DNA of 63,621 nucleotides, the filler included, from Chiloscyllium plagiosum (Eukaryota), in NCBI RefSeq assembly GCF_004010195.1. It is 5 parts of one record of this genome, joined end to end, with 100 filler letters (N's around TTAATTAATTAA, not from the genome) between each part and the next. Parts side by side here need not be neighbours in the genome. Positions count along the whole stretch, not along the records: positions 1 to 14,350 come from NC_057710.1; positions 14,451 to 22,927 come from NC_057710.1; positions 23,028 to 52,838 come from NC_057710.1; 2 more parts are not named here. One strand, given 5' to 3'. The notes under the pieces were generated by a model that saw only the letters and a list, made by a program, of their open reading frames with translations, ran no database searches and was not told the DNA's origin. Positions 11,969 to 23,242 of this stretch are shown here, piece after piece (position 1 is the stretch's first letter; every line of letters starts with the position of its first letter). Made by a program: the position numbers and the translations under genes.

Positions 11969-12861
11969 CGGATGACACTAAGGTCGGTGGAGTTGTGGAT
12001 AGTGCTGAAGGATGCTGTAGGTTACAGAGGGACATTGATAAGCTGCAGAGCTGGGCTGAGAGGCGGCAAATGGAGTTTAATGCAGTGATTCACTTTGGAA
12101 GGAATAACAGGAAATGCAAAGTACTGGGCAAATGGTAAGATTCTTGGTAATGTAGATGAGCAGAGAGATCTCGGCGTCCATGTACATAGATCCCTGAAAG
12201 TTGCCACCCAGGTTGATTGGGCTGTTAAGACCATGCTGTACATCTCTTTGACTCTACACGGTGTGTTGGTGTTTATTGGTGGGGGATTGAGCTTCAGTAC
12301 CATGAGGTTGTGCTGCAGCTGTACAAGACACTGGTGCAGCCACACCTGGAGTATTGTGTACAGTTCTGGTCACCGCATTATAAGGAGGATGTGGAAGCTT
12401 TGGAAAGGATGCAGAGGAGATTTACCAGGATGTTGCCTGGTATGGAGGGAAGGTCTTACATGGAAAGGCTGAGGGACTTGAGGCTGTTTTTGTTAGAGAG
12501 AAGAAGGTTGAGAGGTGACTTAATAGAGACATATAAGATAATCAGAGGGTTAGATAGGGTGGACAGGGAGAGCCTTTTTCCAAGTATGGGGACGGCAAAC
12601 ACGAGGGGGGATAGCTTTAAATTGAGGGGTGATAGATACAGGACAGATGTCAGAGGTAGTTTCTTTACTCAGACAGTAGTAGGGGTGTGGAACACAGCCT
12701 GGAACAGTAGTAGACTCACCAACTTTAAGGGCATTTAAATGGTCATTGGATAAACATATGGATGAGAATGGAATAGTGTGGGTTAGATGGGCTTCAGATT
12801 ATTTTCACTGGTTGGCCCAACATTGAGGGCCGAAGGGCCTGTACTGTAACAGTGTATGTTC
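11969..12861 (+). mobile_element. 5'-truncated CR1 LINE (RT C-terminus and 3' UTR), intronic and antisense to the host gene
   Basis: DDTKVGG, LQLYKTLVQPHLEYCVQFWSPHY, RGDLIETYK; tail ggccgaagggcctgtactg. Confidence 0.93.
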
Positions 12862-12891
12862 TTGTACAGCACCATCTTCAGTACAGAGTAC

Positions 12892-12904
12892 CTCGGTATA
12901 ATCA
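12892..12904 (-). CDS. Candidate 13-nt microexon 2 (S-DYTE)
   Basis: Strong pyrimidine tract tttttcccttcatttctctgttctgtaactAG, donor GAG|GTACTC; required to keep exons 1 and 3 in frame. Confidence 0.55.
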
Positions 12905-13025
12905 CTAGTTACAGAACAGAGAAATGAAGGGAAAAATGTTACATTACGGCTATACACAGTATGATGATTGGACAGAAGAACAGGCAGCCAAGTTAAAGGG
13001 ACAGCCATCGGAGTGAATGACACAC

Positions 13026-13258
13026 CTTGAAGCTGCTGCTGTGCTCCCCTCTGCACGAGTCTCCTGCTGCTCAGTGACCGAGTGTGAAACGCTCTCTTGC
13101 TCGCTTGACCAAGGGTCCGGTTTCTGGTCTCGATGAGGTTTGCAGCTCTCAGCTAATCTCTCCTCCTCCTCCTCCTCCTCCTCCCTGTCCCTGGAGTGAG
13201 GGGTGGAACTAGTCATGCTCTGGGAGTCTGTGGCCTCAGACTGGGGCTCACTGAACAC
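13026..13258 (-). CDS. Candidate exon 1 in window (VFSEPQSEATDSQS...REEEEEEEER...GSTAAAS), acidic low-complexity
   Basis: Acceptor ctcactctacgctctgtcctAG, donor AAG|GTGTGT, 233 nt, phase 0 to 2; the phase-0 frame is open. Confidence 0.7.
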
Positions 13259-13419
13259 CTAGGACAGAGCGTAGAGTGAGATGTATAAATTGGACAGACA
13301 AAGTTCGGCTGCCCTTGGGAATGAGACTGCTCCAGACCTCAGATTTTCCCATCTTAGACAAGCGGATTGGTTGGGTTGGGGACTGCTGGGGTTGTCTCAG
13401 TGTGGAGATCAGCTAATTT

Positions 13420-13830
13420 AAACAAACGCAATTGCAGCTGCTTCCACCCCCTCCTCTGGCACTCACCACCCTCTGTGGAAAAAACCTGCCTCTGACATCT
13501 CCTTTAAACTTTCCCCCTTTTATCTCAAACCTACATCCCCCAGTAAGTAATATTCCTCCCCTGACAAAAAGACACGATCTATCCATTCTATCCACACCTC
13601 TCATAATTTTGTAAACTTCTAGCCGGTCACTCCTCACCCTTTAACGTTTAAAAGGAAACAAACCAAGTCTGCCCAGTTGCATACAGTCACATTGTTTCCG
13701 AAGCACCTTGACAGATATACGAACAGGTAAGGAACAGGGAATATGGGCTGCATCAAGGAAAAAGGTTTTCGGTTCAGCAAGTCATCATGTGCTAGCACAG
13801 GCTTGGTGGGCTGAATAGCCTGTTCCTGTC
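13420..13830. mobile_element. Degraded CR1 3' fragments (minus 13420-13680, plus tail 13700-13830)
   Basis: DRLEVYKIMRGVDR...FKGDVRGRFF on minus; gggctgaatagcctgttcctgt tail on plus. Confidence 0.7.
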
Positions 13831-13899
13831 CCTCAGAACTGATTGCAGCGAGGACAACAAGGGAAATGGACAATGGCGAACAGGAGAGAAAGGAAAGCT

Positions 13900-14300
13900 G
13901 CTATCGGGTCTATTAGTGGGGGGGCAATGGGTTGGCTGTGGTGAAAGCAGCCCATGGGACATCACCGCTTGGTGTAAGGACATGAGGGAAGGTGCACAGG
14001 CCCCAAAACAATTGAACTCAATACTGAATCCTGCAGGCCGCAGGGTTTCCAACGTGGGCTAAGCTCCACTGAGGGACTGCAGTCAGCCTGAGACGGAAAC
14101 ATCAGCCAGGGATCACGGTGGGGTGTAGACGTATCAGGCAACTGGAAGCTCGAGTCTATTTCAGGGACAAAACGTAGGTGTTTCACAAAGGAGCCACTCA
14201 TTTTCATTTCAGCTCCCCAGTGGAGAGGAGACCAGATTGTGTGAGCAGTGAAGGCAGGAAACGAGATTGTGGGAAATGCCGATAAACCACTGCTTCACTG
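13900..14300 (-). mobile_element. Degraded Penelope-like GIY-YIG 3' region
   Basis: ETLRPAGFSIEFN resembles the GTLQPQGMNSDF terminus of other PLE copies. Confidence 0.5.
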
Positions 14301-14350
14301 GTTGGAGGGGAAGGAGGAGTGGACCAGGGGTGGGATGTTGGGGGGGTGGG

Positions 14351-14450
14351 NNNNNNNNNNNNNNNNNNNNNNNNNNNNNNNNNNNNNNNNNNNNTTAATT
14401 AATTAANNNNNNNNNNNNNNNNNNNNNNNNNNNNNNNNNNNNNNNNNNNN
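14351..14450. other. Artificial scaffold linker (44 N + TTAATTAATTAA + 44 N)
   Basis: Identical 100-bp block occurs four times; 12-mer has stops in all six frames. Confidence 0.95.
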
Positions 14451-14983
14451 TGTATGGAATGAGCTGCCAGAGGATGTGGTGGANNNNNNNNNNNNNNNNN
14501 NNNNNNNNNNNNNNNNNNNNNNNNNNNNNNNNNNNNNNNNNNNNNNNNNNNNNNNNNNNNNNNNNNNNNNNNNNNNNNNNNNNNNNNNNNNNNNNNNNNN
14601 NNNNNNNNNNNNNNNNNNNNNNNNNNNNNNNNNNNNNNNNNNNNNNNNNNNNNNNNNNNNNNNNNNNNNNNNNNNNNNNNNNNNNNNNNNNNNNNNNNNN
14701 NNNNNNNNNNNNNNNNNNNNNNNNNNNNNNNNNNNNNNNNNNNNNNNNNNNNNNNNNNNNNNNNNNNNNNNNNNNNNNNNNNNNNNNNNNNNNNNNNNNN
14801 NNNNNNNNNNNNNNNNNNNNNNNNNNNNNNNNNNNNNNNNNNNNNNNNNNNNNNNNNNNNNNNNNNNNNNNNNNNNNNNNNNNNNNNNNNNNNNNNNNNN
14901 NNNNNNNNNNNNNNNNNNNNNNNNNNNNNNNNNNNNNNNNNNNNNNNNNNNNNNNNNNNNNNNNNNNNNNNNNNNNNNNNNNN

Positions 14984-15222
14984 TACTATACCATACCATA
15001 CAGTGTTTTGTTTTGATGGCAGCGCCGGCAAGGTAGGTAGCATTTGAGCTCCTAAGCCCGTCCACTCCAACCCAGCTACTTCCTCCCAGCTTACACACTC
15101 ATATATACTACCCCTACTATACCATACCATACAGTGTTTTGTTTTGACGGCAGCGCCGGCAAGGTAGGTAGCATTTGAGCTCCTAAGCCCATCCACTCCA
15201 ACCCAGCTGCTTCCTCCCAGCT
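14984..15222. repeat. 131-bp near-perfect tandem duplication beside a gap
   Basis: tactataccataccatacagtg... at 14984 and 15115. Confidence 0.85.
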
Positions 15223-15314
15223 TTCCTCATTCTTTTTGTCTTCTTTCTTATTTTATCTTTATCTTCCACTTGCTGGCGATGGCTGAGAAGGTGTTATTGT
15301 GGAGTCTGGCTGCC

Positions 15315-15885
15315 AGACTGGGATTCTTGGTAAGGAGGTGGTGGCTTGACCTGGCAGCAGAGCCAGGGACTCCTGGTATCGATAAAGAGGCAGGATCAGC
15401 TCCTGGTTGAGGTAGGGCTGAGCCAGGGAGTCCTGGTTATTGGTGAGACAGCAGTGGCAGCTTCTGGTTCAGTTCGGGCCTGTGCTGGGGAGTTCTGGTT
15501 ATCGGTGAGGAGACAGTGGCTTCTCCTGGTTCAGGTACGGCTGCGGCCAGGGCGTCCTGGTAATCTGTGAGGAAGCTGTAGCAGTTCCCGGATCAGGTAT
15601 GGCCAGAGTGGAGAATCCTGGTTATCGGGTGAGGCAGCAGCGGCCGTTCCTGATTCAGTTAGGGCCAGAGAAAGGCAGTCCTGGTTTTTGATGAGATGGG
15701 ACAGTTCCTGGTTCACGTAGAGCTGGAGCCAGGGTGTCCTGGTTATCGGTGAGGCTGTGGTAGCTCCTGGTTTAGGTCATGCCAAAGCCAGGGTGTCCTA
15801 GTTATGGGTGAGGCAATGGAAGCTCCTGGTTCAGGTAGGGCTGGAGTCGGGGAGTCCTGGTTATCGGTGAGGCAGCAGCGGCAGC
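15315..15885. repeat. Degenerate ~60-bp tandem repeat, about 9 copies (gggagtcctggttatcggtgaggcagcagtggcagctcctggttcagg...)
   Basis: tcctggttatcggtgag-like core recurs every 57-64 bp. Confidence 0.8.
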
Positions 15886-15889
15886 TACT

Positions 15890-15980
15890 ACCAAAAGAAA
15901 AAATGCTGGAAAATCTCAGCAGGTCTAGCAGCATCTGTAAGGAGAGAAAAGAGCTGAAGTTTCGAGTCTAACTGACCCTT
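15890..15980 (-). mobile_element. PLE pLTR fragment (third subfamily), partial hammerhead
   Basis: Reverse complement aagggtcagttagactcGAAActtcagctc...gatgctgctagacctgctgag. Confidence 0.6.
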
Positions 15981-16030
15981 GAGGAGTCAAGAGATGATGA
16001 AGAGGTCAAACCAGCAGTTTTAAGTGGGCC

Positions 16031-18041
16031 TCATTCCTGAAGAAGGGCTCATGCCCGAAATGTCGATTCTCCTGCTCCTTGGATGCTGCCTGACCTGCTG
16101 CACTTTTCCAGCAACACATTTTCAGCTCTGATCTCCAGCATCTGCAGTCCTCACTTTCTCCTCCAATCCTGACCTCACCACTAAGCCAGCGGATAAAGGG
16201 GGTGCAGTGGTAGTTTGGCGCACTGACCTCTACACCAATGAAGCCAGACGCCAATTCGAAGACACATCCTCCTATCGCCCCCTCAACCATGACCCCAACC
16301 CCCATCACCAAACCATTATCTCCCAGACCATACACAACATCATCACCTCAGGAGATCTCCCACCCACAGCTTTCAATCTCATAGTCTGGGAACCCCGCAC
16401 TGCCCAATTCTACCTCCATCCCAAGATCCACAAGGTTGACCACCCCGGCCGACCCATTGTCTCAGCTTGCTCCTGCCCCACCGAACTCATCTCTACCTAC
16501 CTCGACACTGTCCTATCCCCCTAATCCAGGAACTCCCCACAAACGTTCAAGACACCATCCATGCCCTCCACCTCCACCAAGACTTCCCAGGCCCCCAATA
16601 CCTCATCTTCACCATGGATACCCAATCCCTCTATGCCTCCATTCACCATGACCAGGGCCTCCAAGCCCTCCGTTTCTTTCTCTCCCAACGTCCCCAACAG
16701 TACCCTTCCACCAACACTCTCATTCGTTTGGCTGAACTGGTCCTCACCCTTAACAATTTCTCCTTTGAATCCTCCCACTTCCTCCAGACCAAAGGGGTAG
16801 CCATCAGCATCTATATGGGCCCCAGCAATACCTGTCTCTTTGTTGGCTATGTAGAACAGTCCATCTTCTATAATTACACCGCACCATTCCCCACCTCTTC
16901 CTCCACTACATTGATGACTGCTTCGGCGCAACCTCATGCTCCCATGAGGAGGTTGAGCAATTCATCAACTTCACCAACACATTCCACCCTGACCTGAAAT
17001 TCACCTGAACCGTCTCTGACACCTCCCTCCCCTTCCTGGACTTCTCCATCTCCATTAATGACGACTGACTTGACACTGACATTTTTTACAAATCCACCAA
17101 CTCCCACAGCTACCTGGAATACACCTCTTCCCACCCTACGTCCTGCAAAAATGCCATCCCGTATTCCCATCCCTCTGCCTCCTCCGTATCTGCTCCCAGG
17201 AGGACCAGTTCCACCACAGAATACACCAAATGGCCTCCTTCTTTAGAGACCACAATTTCCCTTCCCACGTGGTTGAAGATGCCCTCCAACACATCTCGTC
17301 ACATCCCGCACCTCCGCTCTCGAACCCCACCCCTCCAACGTAACAAGGACAGAAACCCCCTGGTGCTCACCTTCCACCCTATCTTCGCATAAACTGCATC
17401 ATCCGCTGACATTTCCGCCACCTCCAAACGGACCCCACCACCAGAGATTTATCTCCCTCCCCACCCCTTTCCACTTTCCGCAAAGACTGATCCCTCCGTG
17501 ACCACCTGATCAGGTCCACAGCTCCCAACAACCCACCGTCCCCTCCTGGCACCCTCCCCTGCCACCGCAGGAATTGCAAAACCTGTGCCCACACCTCTTC
17601 CCTCACCTCCATCCAAAGCCCTAAAGGAGCCTTCCACATTCATCAAAAATTTACCTGCACATCCACCAATATCATTTATTGTATCCGTTGCTCCCGATGT
17701 GGTCTCCTCTACACTGGGGAGACTGGATACCTCCTCGCAGAGCCTATAGGGAACATCTCTGGGACACCCGCACCAATCAACCCCACCGTCCCATGGTCTA
17801 GCATTTCAACTTCCCCTCCTACTTTGCCGAGGACATGCAGGTCCTGGGTCTCCTCCAGCGCCGCCTCCCCCCCCCCCCCTCTCATTTATCTCTCCACCCT
17901 GCAGGCTCCCTGCCTCTATTCCTGATGAAAGGCTTTTGCCCGAAACGTCGATTTTCCTGGTCCTTGGATGCTGCCTGACCTGCTGTGCTTTTCCAGCACC
18001 ACTCTAATCCAGACTTGGGTTTCCAGCATCTCGTTTTTACC
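16031..18041 (+). mobile_element. Neptune-type Penelope-like element: pLTR, RT, Cys-rich linker, GIY-YIG, pLTR (frameshifted)
   Basis: KPADKGGAVVVW, RPIVSACSCPTELISTYLD, LIFTMDTQSLY, HFLQTKGVA, YIDD, CHRRNCKTC, FTCTSTNIIYCIRCSRCGLLYTGETG; hammerhead termini at both ends. Confidence 0.92.
17918..17953 (+). ncRNA. Minimal hammerhead ribozyme in pLTR
   Basis: attc-CTGATGA-aaggc-tttt-gccc-GAAA-CGTC-gatt. Confidence 0.72.
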
Positions 18042-18044
18042 TAC

Positions 18045-19863
18045 GTTAGTTACTGCCCCGCAGAGTGAGAGGTCAAATCAAATCCTCTAGTCGTTTTGGG
18101 ATTTTATGTGCCTCAAAATACATTAAACAATGAGGAAGTCCTTGAGGAGTGGGATACGTTAGTAAACTACTTATCTCAGGAGAAAGTGAGGACTGCAGAT
18201 GCTGGAGGTCAGAGCTGAAAATGTGTTGCTGGAAAAGCGCAGCAGGTCAGGCAGCATCCAAGGAGCAAGAGAAGGAGATTCCTGAAGAAGGGCTCATGCC
18301 CGAAACGTCGATTCTCCTGCTCCTTGGATGCTGCCTGACCTGCTGCGCTTTTCCAGCAACACATTTTCAGTACTTATCTTAGGAGCAAAGAACGCAGTTG
18401 AAAGGATTGCTACAGAAGTATGAGGACAAATATAGGAATAAGATGGAGAGGACTAATGCTATTGTTAATGAGGCAGACATAGGGAATACTGATCCTCTCC
18501 AGACTTAATCCTTTCAAAGCCACACTGGTCCAAATGGAGGTGGAGGCCATGCTCAATGAAGATATCATCAAACCAAGTCAGAACAAGTGGAGCTGATTGT
18601 CTTAGTTCCCAAACCTGACAGGATTCAATGATTTTACGTGGATTACCGGAAGGTCAACACTGTAACTAAATCGGACTCAGACCCAATAAAAAGATTAGAG
18701 GACTGTTTGGAGAAAGTTGGACAAGTCAGTTACATCATCAAGTTGGACTTACTGTGTGGTTATTGGCAGGTACCTTTCTCAGAAAAAGCTAAAGAAATCT
18801 CTGTGTTTGTAACCCCAAATGGGCAATATTAATTCAGGGAATGCCCTTTGTAATGAAGAATGCACCCACCACATTCCAAAGATTCATGTTTAGAGTTGTG
18901 GCTGGGTTAACAAACTGTGCAATCTAATTGGAGGATGTAGTGATCTTTAATGAATCCTGGGAAGACCACATGGTACAGTTGGCAGAGCTCCTTGACTGAT
19001 TAAGAGAAGCAAAACTTATAATGATCTTAAACAAAACTGAATTCGCAAAAGCAGAGGTGACATTCTTGGGACATAACATCAGTCACGGAAGGTTGACCCC
19101 AAAGAATGCAAAGACGAAGGCTATCGAGGAATTTCTACGACCAACCTTGAAGAAAGAGGTATTTCGATTTTTGGGACAAAGCGGATTCTATCAGAGATTT
19201 GTTCCAAACCTCGGCAGCATAGTGACACCATTAACAGATTTGCTGAATTTTGGTGGACGCATTTGACAATTTAAAAGCAATATTAACCACCGCACCAGTT
19301 TTGGCTAAACCAAACTTTTTGAAAGGCTTTAAAGTTGCCATCAATGCTCATGATATAGGAGTCGTAGCTGTACTGCGACAGGAAGATGATGATGGGATTG
19401 AACTGCCAATTGGCTACTTTTCAAAGAAACTCAACACCTCCTAGAGAAAGTACTTTATGGTCGAAAAGAAACTATTGAGTTTGGTACATTTTAATGTTTG
19501 TGTCACGAACAATGTTTTAGCGAAGATCGTACACACAAATCACAATCCTCTTAAATGTTTGGAATGCTATAAAGACAAGAATATCAGACTATTTCATTGG
19601 AGTTTTATGTTACAGACATTTAATTTACAAATCGTACATGCTGCGGGCCATAAGAATATAATAGCAGATGCGTTATTGTGGATTTAACTGATTAAATATT
19701 GATGAGATTGGTATCTGTTCAATGTTTTATATATATATGTTGGAAGAGGTAAACATGAACTCAGATTAAAGTCATATGTATGTCATGATAATGTGGTTGA
19801 GGAATAGAGGGGAAAAAATGATGCCATCTTTTCATTATGATGGGTCTTTTTAAAGGAGGGAGG
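18045..19863 (+). mobile_element. Gypsy-superfamily internal region (RT, RNase H), polypurine tract at 19852-19863
   Basis: VDYRKVN, KLDLLCGYWQVP, MPFVMKNAPTTFQR, VTFLGH, FLGQSGFYQRFVPN, PIGYFSKKL, KNIIADAL; aaaggagggagg directly before TGTTA. Confidence 0.9.
18179..18370. mobile_element. PLE-derived fold-back mini-element with intact hammerhead in the loop
   Basis: ~59-bp inverted arms (18215-18273 / 18312-18370); CTGAAGA 18282, GAAACGTC 18302-18309; flanked by tacttatct(c/t)aggag duplication. Confidence 0.88.
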
Positions 19864-22133
19864 TGTTATGAAGGTGTAAGTGTGTACTGTACCATTCAGA
19901 AAGTGGAAGCTGGCAAGGACTTAATAAGCACAGAGAGTGCTGAACAATTTTAAAATGTAACATTTGGCTGTGAAACAATAGCTGGAGCTGAGTTGCCGTG
20001 GTACACAACAAATTCAAAGCTAGCCAATCAGTTTAAATTATGCCCCAAGATACGAAAGTCCAATCAAATTTGAATTTTAATGCTTTGATGACATCAAACC
20101 AATGAGACGATCCGATGTTTTGGGGTATAAAAACATCGGGTAATTTGAACAGTTGGCTAGAGCGGCAAAGAGCAGCAACAGACTGCGGCCACAGAACCGC
20201 TCTCTGAAAGGTACCACATAGAGTCATAGAGATGTACAGGAAACATACAGAAACAGACCCTTCGGTCCAACCCGTCCATGCCAACCAGATATCCCAGTCC
20301 AATCTAGTTCCACCTGCCAGCACCCAGCCCATATCCCTCCAAACCCTTCCTATTCTTATACCCATCCAGATGCCTTTTAAATGTTGCAATGGTACTAGCC
20401 TCCACCACTTTCTCTGGCAGCTCATTCCATACATGTACCACCCTCTGTGTGAAAACGTTGCCCCTTAGGTCTCTTTTATATCTTTCCTCTCTCACTCTAA
20501 ACCTATGCCCACTAGTTCTGGACTCCCCCACCCAAGGGAAAAGACTGTGTCTATTTCTCCTATCCAAGCCCCTCATGATTTTATAAACCTCTATAAGGTC
20601 ACCCCTCAACCTCCGACGCCCCAGGGAAAACAGCTCCAGTCTGTTCAGCCTTTCCCGATAGCTCAAATCCTCCAACATCCTTGTAAAACTTTTCTGAACT
20701 GTTTCAAGTTTCACAACATCTTTCCGATAGGAAGGAGACCAGAATTGCATGCAATATTCAAACCAACATTCTGTCCAATGCCCTGTACAGCTGCAACATG
20801 ACCTCCCAACTCCTGTATTCAATACTCTGACCAATAAAGGAAAACATACCAAATAGCTTCTTCACTATCCTATCTACCTTCAAGGAGCTATGAACCTGCA
20901 CTGCAAGGTCTCTTTGTTCAGCAACACTCCCTAGGACCTTACCATTAAGTGTATTAGTCCTGCTAAGATTTGCTTTCCCAAAATACAGCACCTCACATTT
21001 ATCTAAATTAAACTCCATCAGCCACTTCTCAGCCCATTGGCCCATCTGATCAAGATCCCATTGCAATCTGAGGTAACCTTCTTCGTTGTCCACTACACCT
21101 CCAATTTTAGTATCACCAGCAAACGTACTAACTTTACCTCATGCTCACATCCAGATAATTTATATAAATGATGAAAAGTAGTGGACCTAGCACTGATCCT
21201 TGTGGCACTCCACTGGTCACAGGCCTCCAGTCTCAAAAACAACCCTCTACCACCACCCTCTGTCTTCTACCTTTGAACCAGTTCTGTATCCAAATGGCGA
21301 GTTATCCCTGCATTCTGTGAGATCTAATCTGGTTAACCAGTCTGCCGTGGGGAACCTTGTCGAATGCCTTCCTGAAGTCCATATAGATCACGTCCATCAC
21401 TATTCCCTCATCAATCCTCTTTGTTTCTTCTTCAAAAGACTCAATCAAGTTTATGAGACATGATTTCCCACGCACAAAGCCATGTTGACTATCCTTAATC
21501 AGTCCTTGCCTTTCCAAATACATGTACATCTTGTCCCTCAGGATTCCCTCCAAAATCTTGCCCACCACCGACACCAGGCTCACTGGTCTATAGTTCCCTG
21601 GCTTGTCCTTACCACCCTTCTTAAACAGTGGCACCACGTTAGCCAACCTCCAGTCTTCTGACACCTCACCTGTGACTATCGATGATACAAATATCTCAGT
21701 AAGAGGAGAAAGTGAGGACTGCAGGCCCAGCAATCACTTCCCTAGCTTTTCAGATTTCTTGGGTACTCCTGATCAGGTCCTGGGGATCGTTTATGTGTTT
21801 CAAAACATCTAGCACTTCCTCCTCTGTAATATGGACATTTTTCAAGATATCATCATCTATTTCCCTACATTCAATATCTTCCATGTCCTTTTCCAAAGTG
21901 AATACTGATGCAAAATACTTGTTTAGTATCTGCCCCATCTCCTGTGGCTCCAAACAAAGGCTGTCTTGCTAATCTTTGAGGGGCCCTATTCTTTCCCTAG
22001 TTACCCTTTTGTCCTTAATGTATTTGTAAAGCCCTTTGAATTCTCCTTAACTCTATTTGCCAAAGCTCTTCAACTCCCCTTTTTGCTCTCCTGATTTCCC
22101 TCTTAAGTGGCGGCACAGTGGCACCGTGGTTAG

Positions 22134-23242
22134 AACATAGAACATAGAACATAGAACAATACAGCACAGAACAGGCCCTTTGGCCCACGACGTTGTGCCG
22201 AACATTTGTCCTAGCTTAAGCACCCATCCATGTACCTATCCAATTGCCGCTTAAAGGTCACCAAAGATTCTGACTCCACCACTCCCACAGGCAGCGCATT
22301 CCATGCCCCCACCACTCTCTGGGTAAAGAACCCATCCCTAACATCTCCCCTATACCTTCCACCCTTCACCTTAAATTTATGTCCCCTTGTAATACTCTGT
22401 TGCACCCGGGAAAAAAGTTTCTGACTGTCTACTTTATCTATTCCTCTGATCATCTTATAAACCTCTATCAAGTCATCCCTCATCCTTCGCCGTTCCAACG
22501 AGAAAAGGCCTAGCACTCTCAACCTATCCTCATACGACCTATTCTCCATTCCAGGCAACATCCTGGTAAATCTTCTCTGCACCCTCTCCAAAGCTTCCAC
22601 ATCTTTCCTAAAGTGAAGCGACCAGAACTGCACACAGTACTCCAAATGCGGCCTAACCAAAGTCCTGTACAGTTGCAACATCACTTCAAGACTCTTGAAT
22701 TCAATCCCTCTGCTAACCAATGCTAATACACCATAGGCCTTCTTACAAGCTCTACCCACCTGAGTGGCAACTTTCAAAGACCTATGAACATAGACCCCAA
22801 GATCCCTCTGTTCCTCCACCTCACTAAGAACCCTACCGTTAACCCTGTATTCCACATTCTTATTTGTCCTTCCAAAATGCACAACCTCACACTTGGCAGG
22901 GTTGAACACCATCTGCCACTCCTCAGCNNNNNNNNNNNNNNNNNNNNNNNNNNNNNNNNNNNNNNNNNNNNTTAATTAATTAANNNNNNNNNNNNNNNNN
23001 NNNNNNNNNNNNNNNNNNNNNNNNNNNGTCACTGCAGCTTACCCCTGCTACCCCAACAGTATCCAAAGCGGTGTACCTATTGTTTAGGGGAACGACCACA
23101 GGGGATCCCTGCACTGCCTGCTTCCTCCCCTTCCCACCTCAAACTGTTACCCAGCTACCTGTGTTCTCTGGCGTAGCTATGTCCCTGCAGCTTCTATCTA
23201 TCACTCTCTCAGCCTCTCGAATAATCCCTCTCAGCCTCTCGA
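22134..23242 (-). mobile_element. Young CR1 LINE (3' RT end at 22134-22927, ORF1 part at 23028-23242; middle hidden in linker gap)
   Basis: 233-aa uninterrupted RT C-terminus; (TTCTATG)n tail; near identical to 51109-51680. Confidence 0.9.
22928..23027. other. Artificial scaffold linker
   Basis: 44 N + TTAATTAATTAA + 44 N. Confidence 0.95.

Noticed and set aside
14395..14406. TTAATTAATTAA palindromes inside N runs (also 22972, 52883, 59943)
   Set aside because: Fixed 44N-12-44N format with six-frame stops; assembly linker, not biology
14984..15222. 131-bp duplication as a functional repeat
   Set aside because: Abuts a gap and could be a contig-end artefact; cannot be assessed
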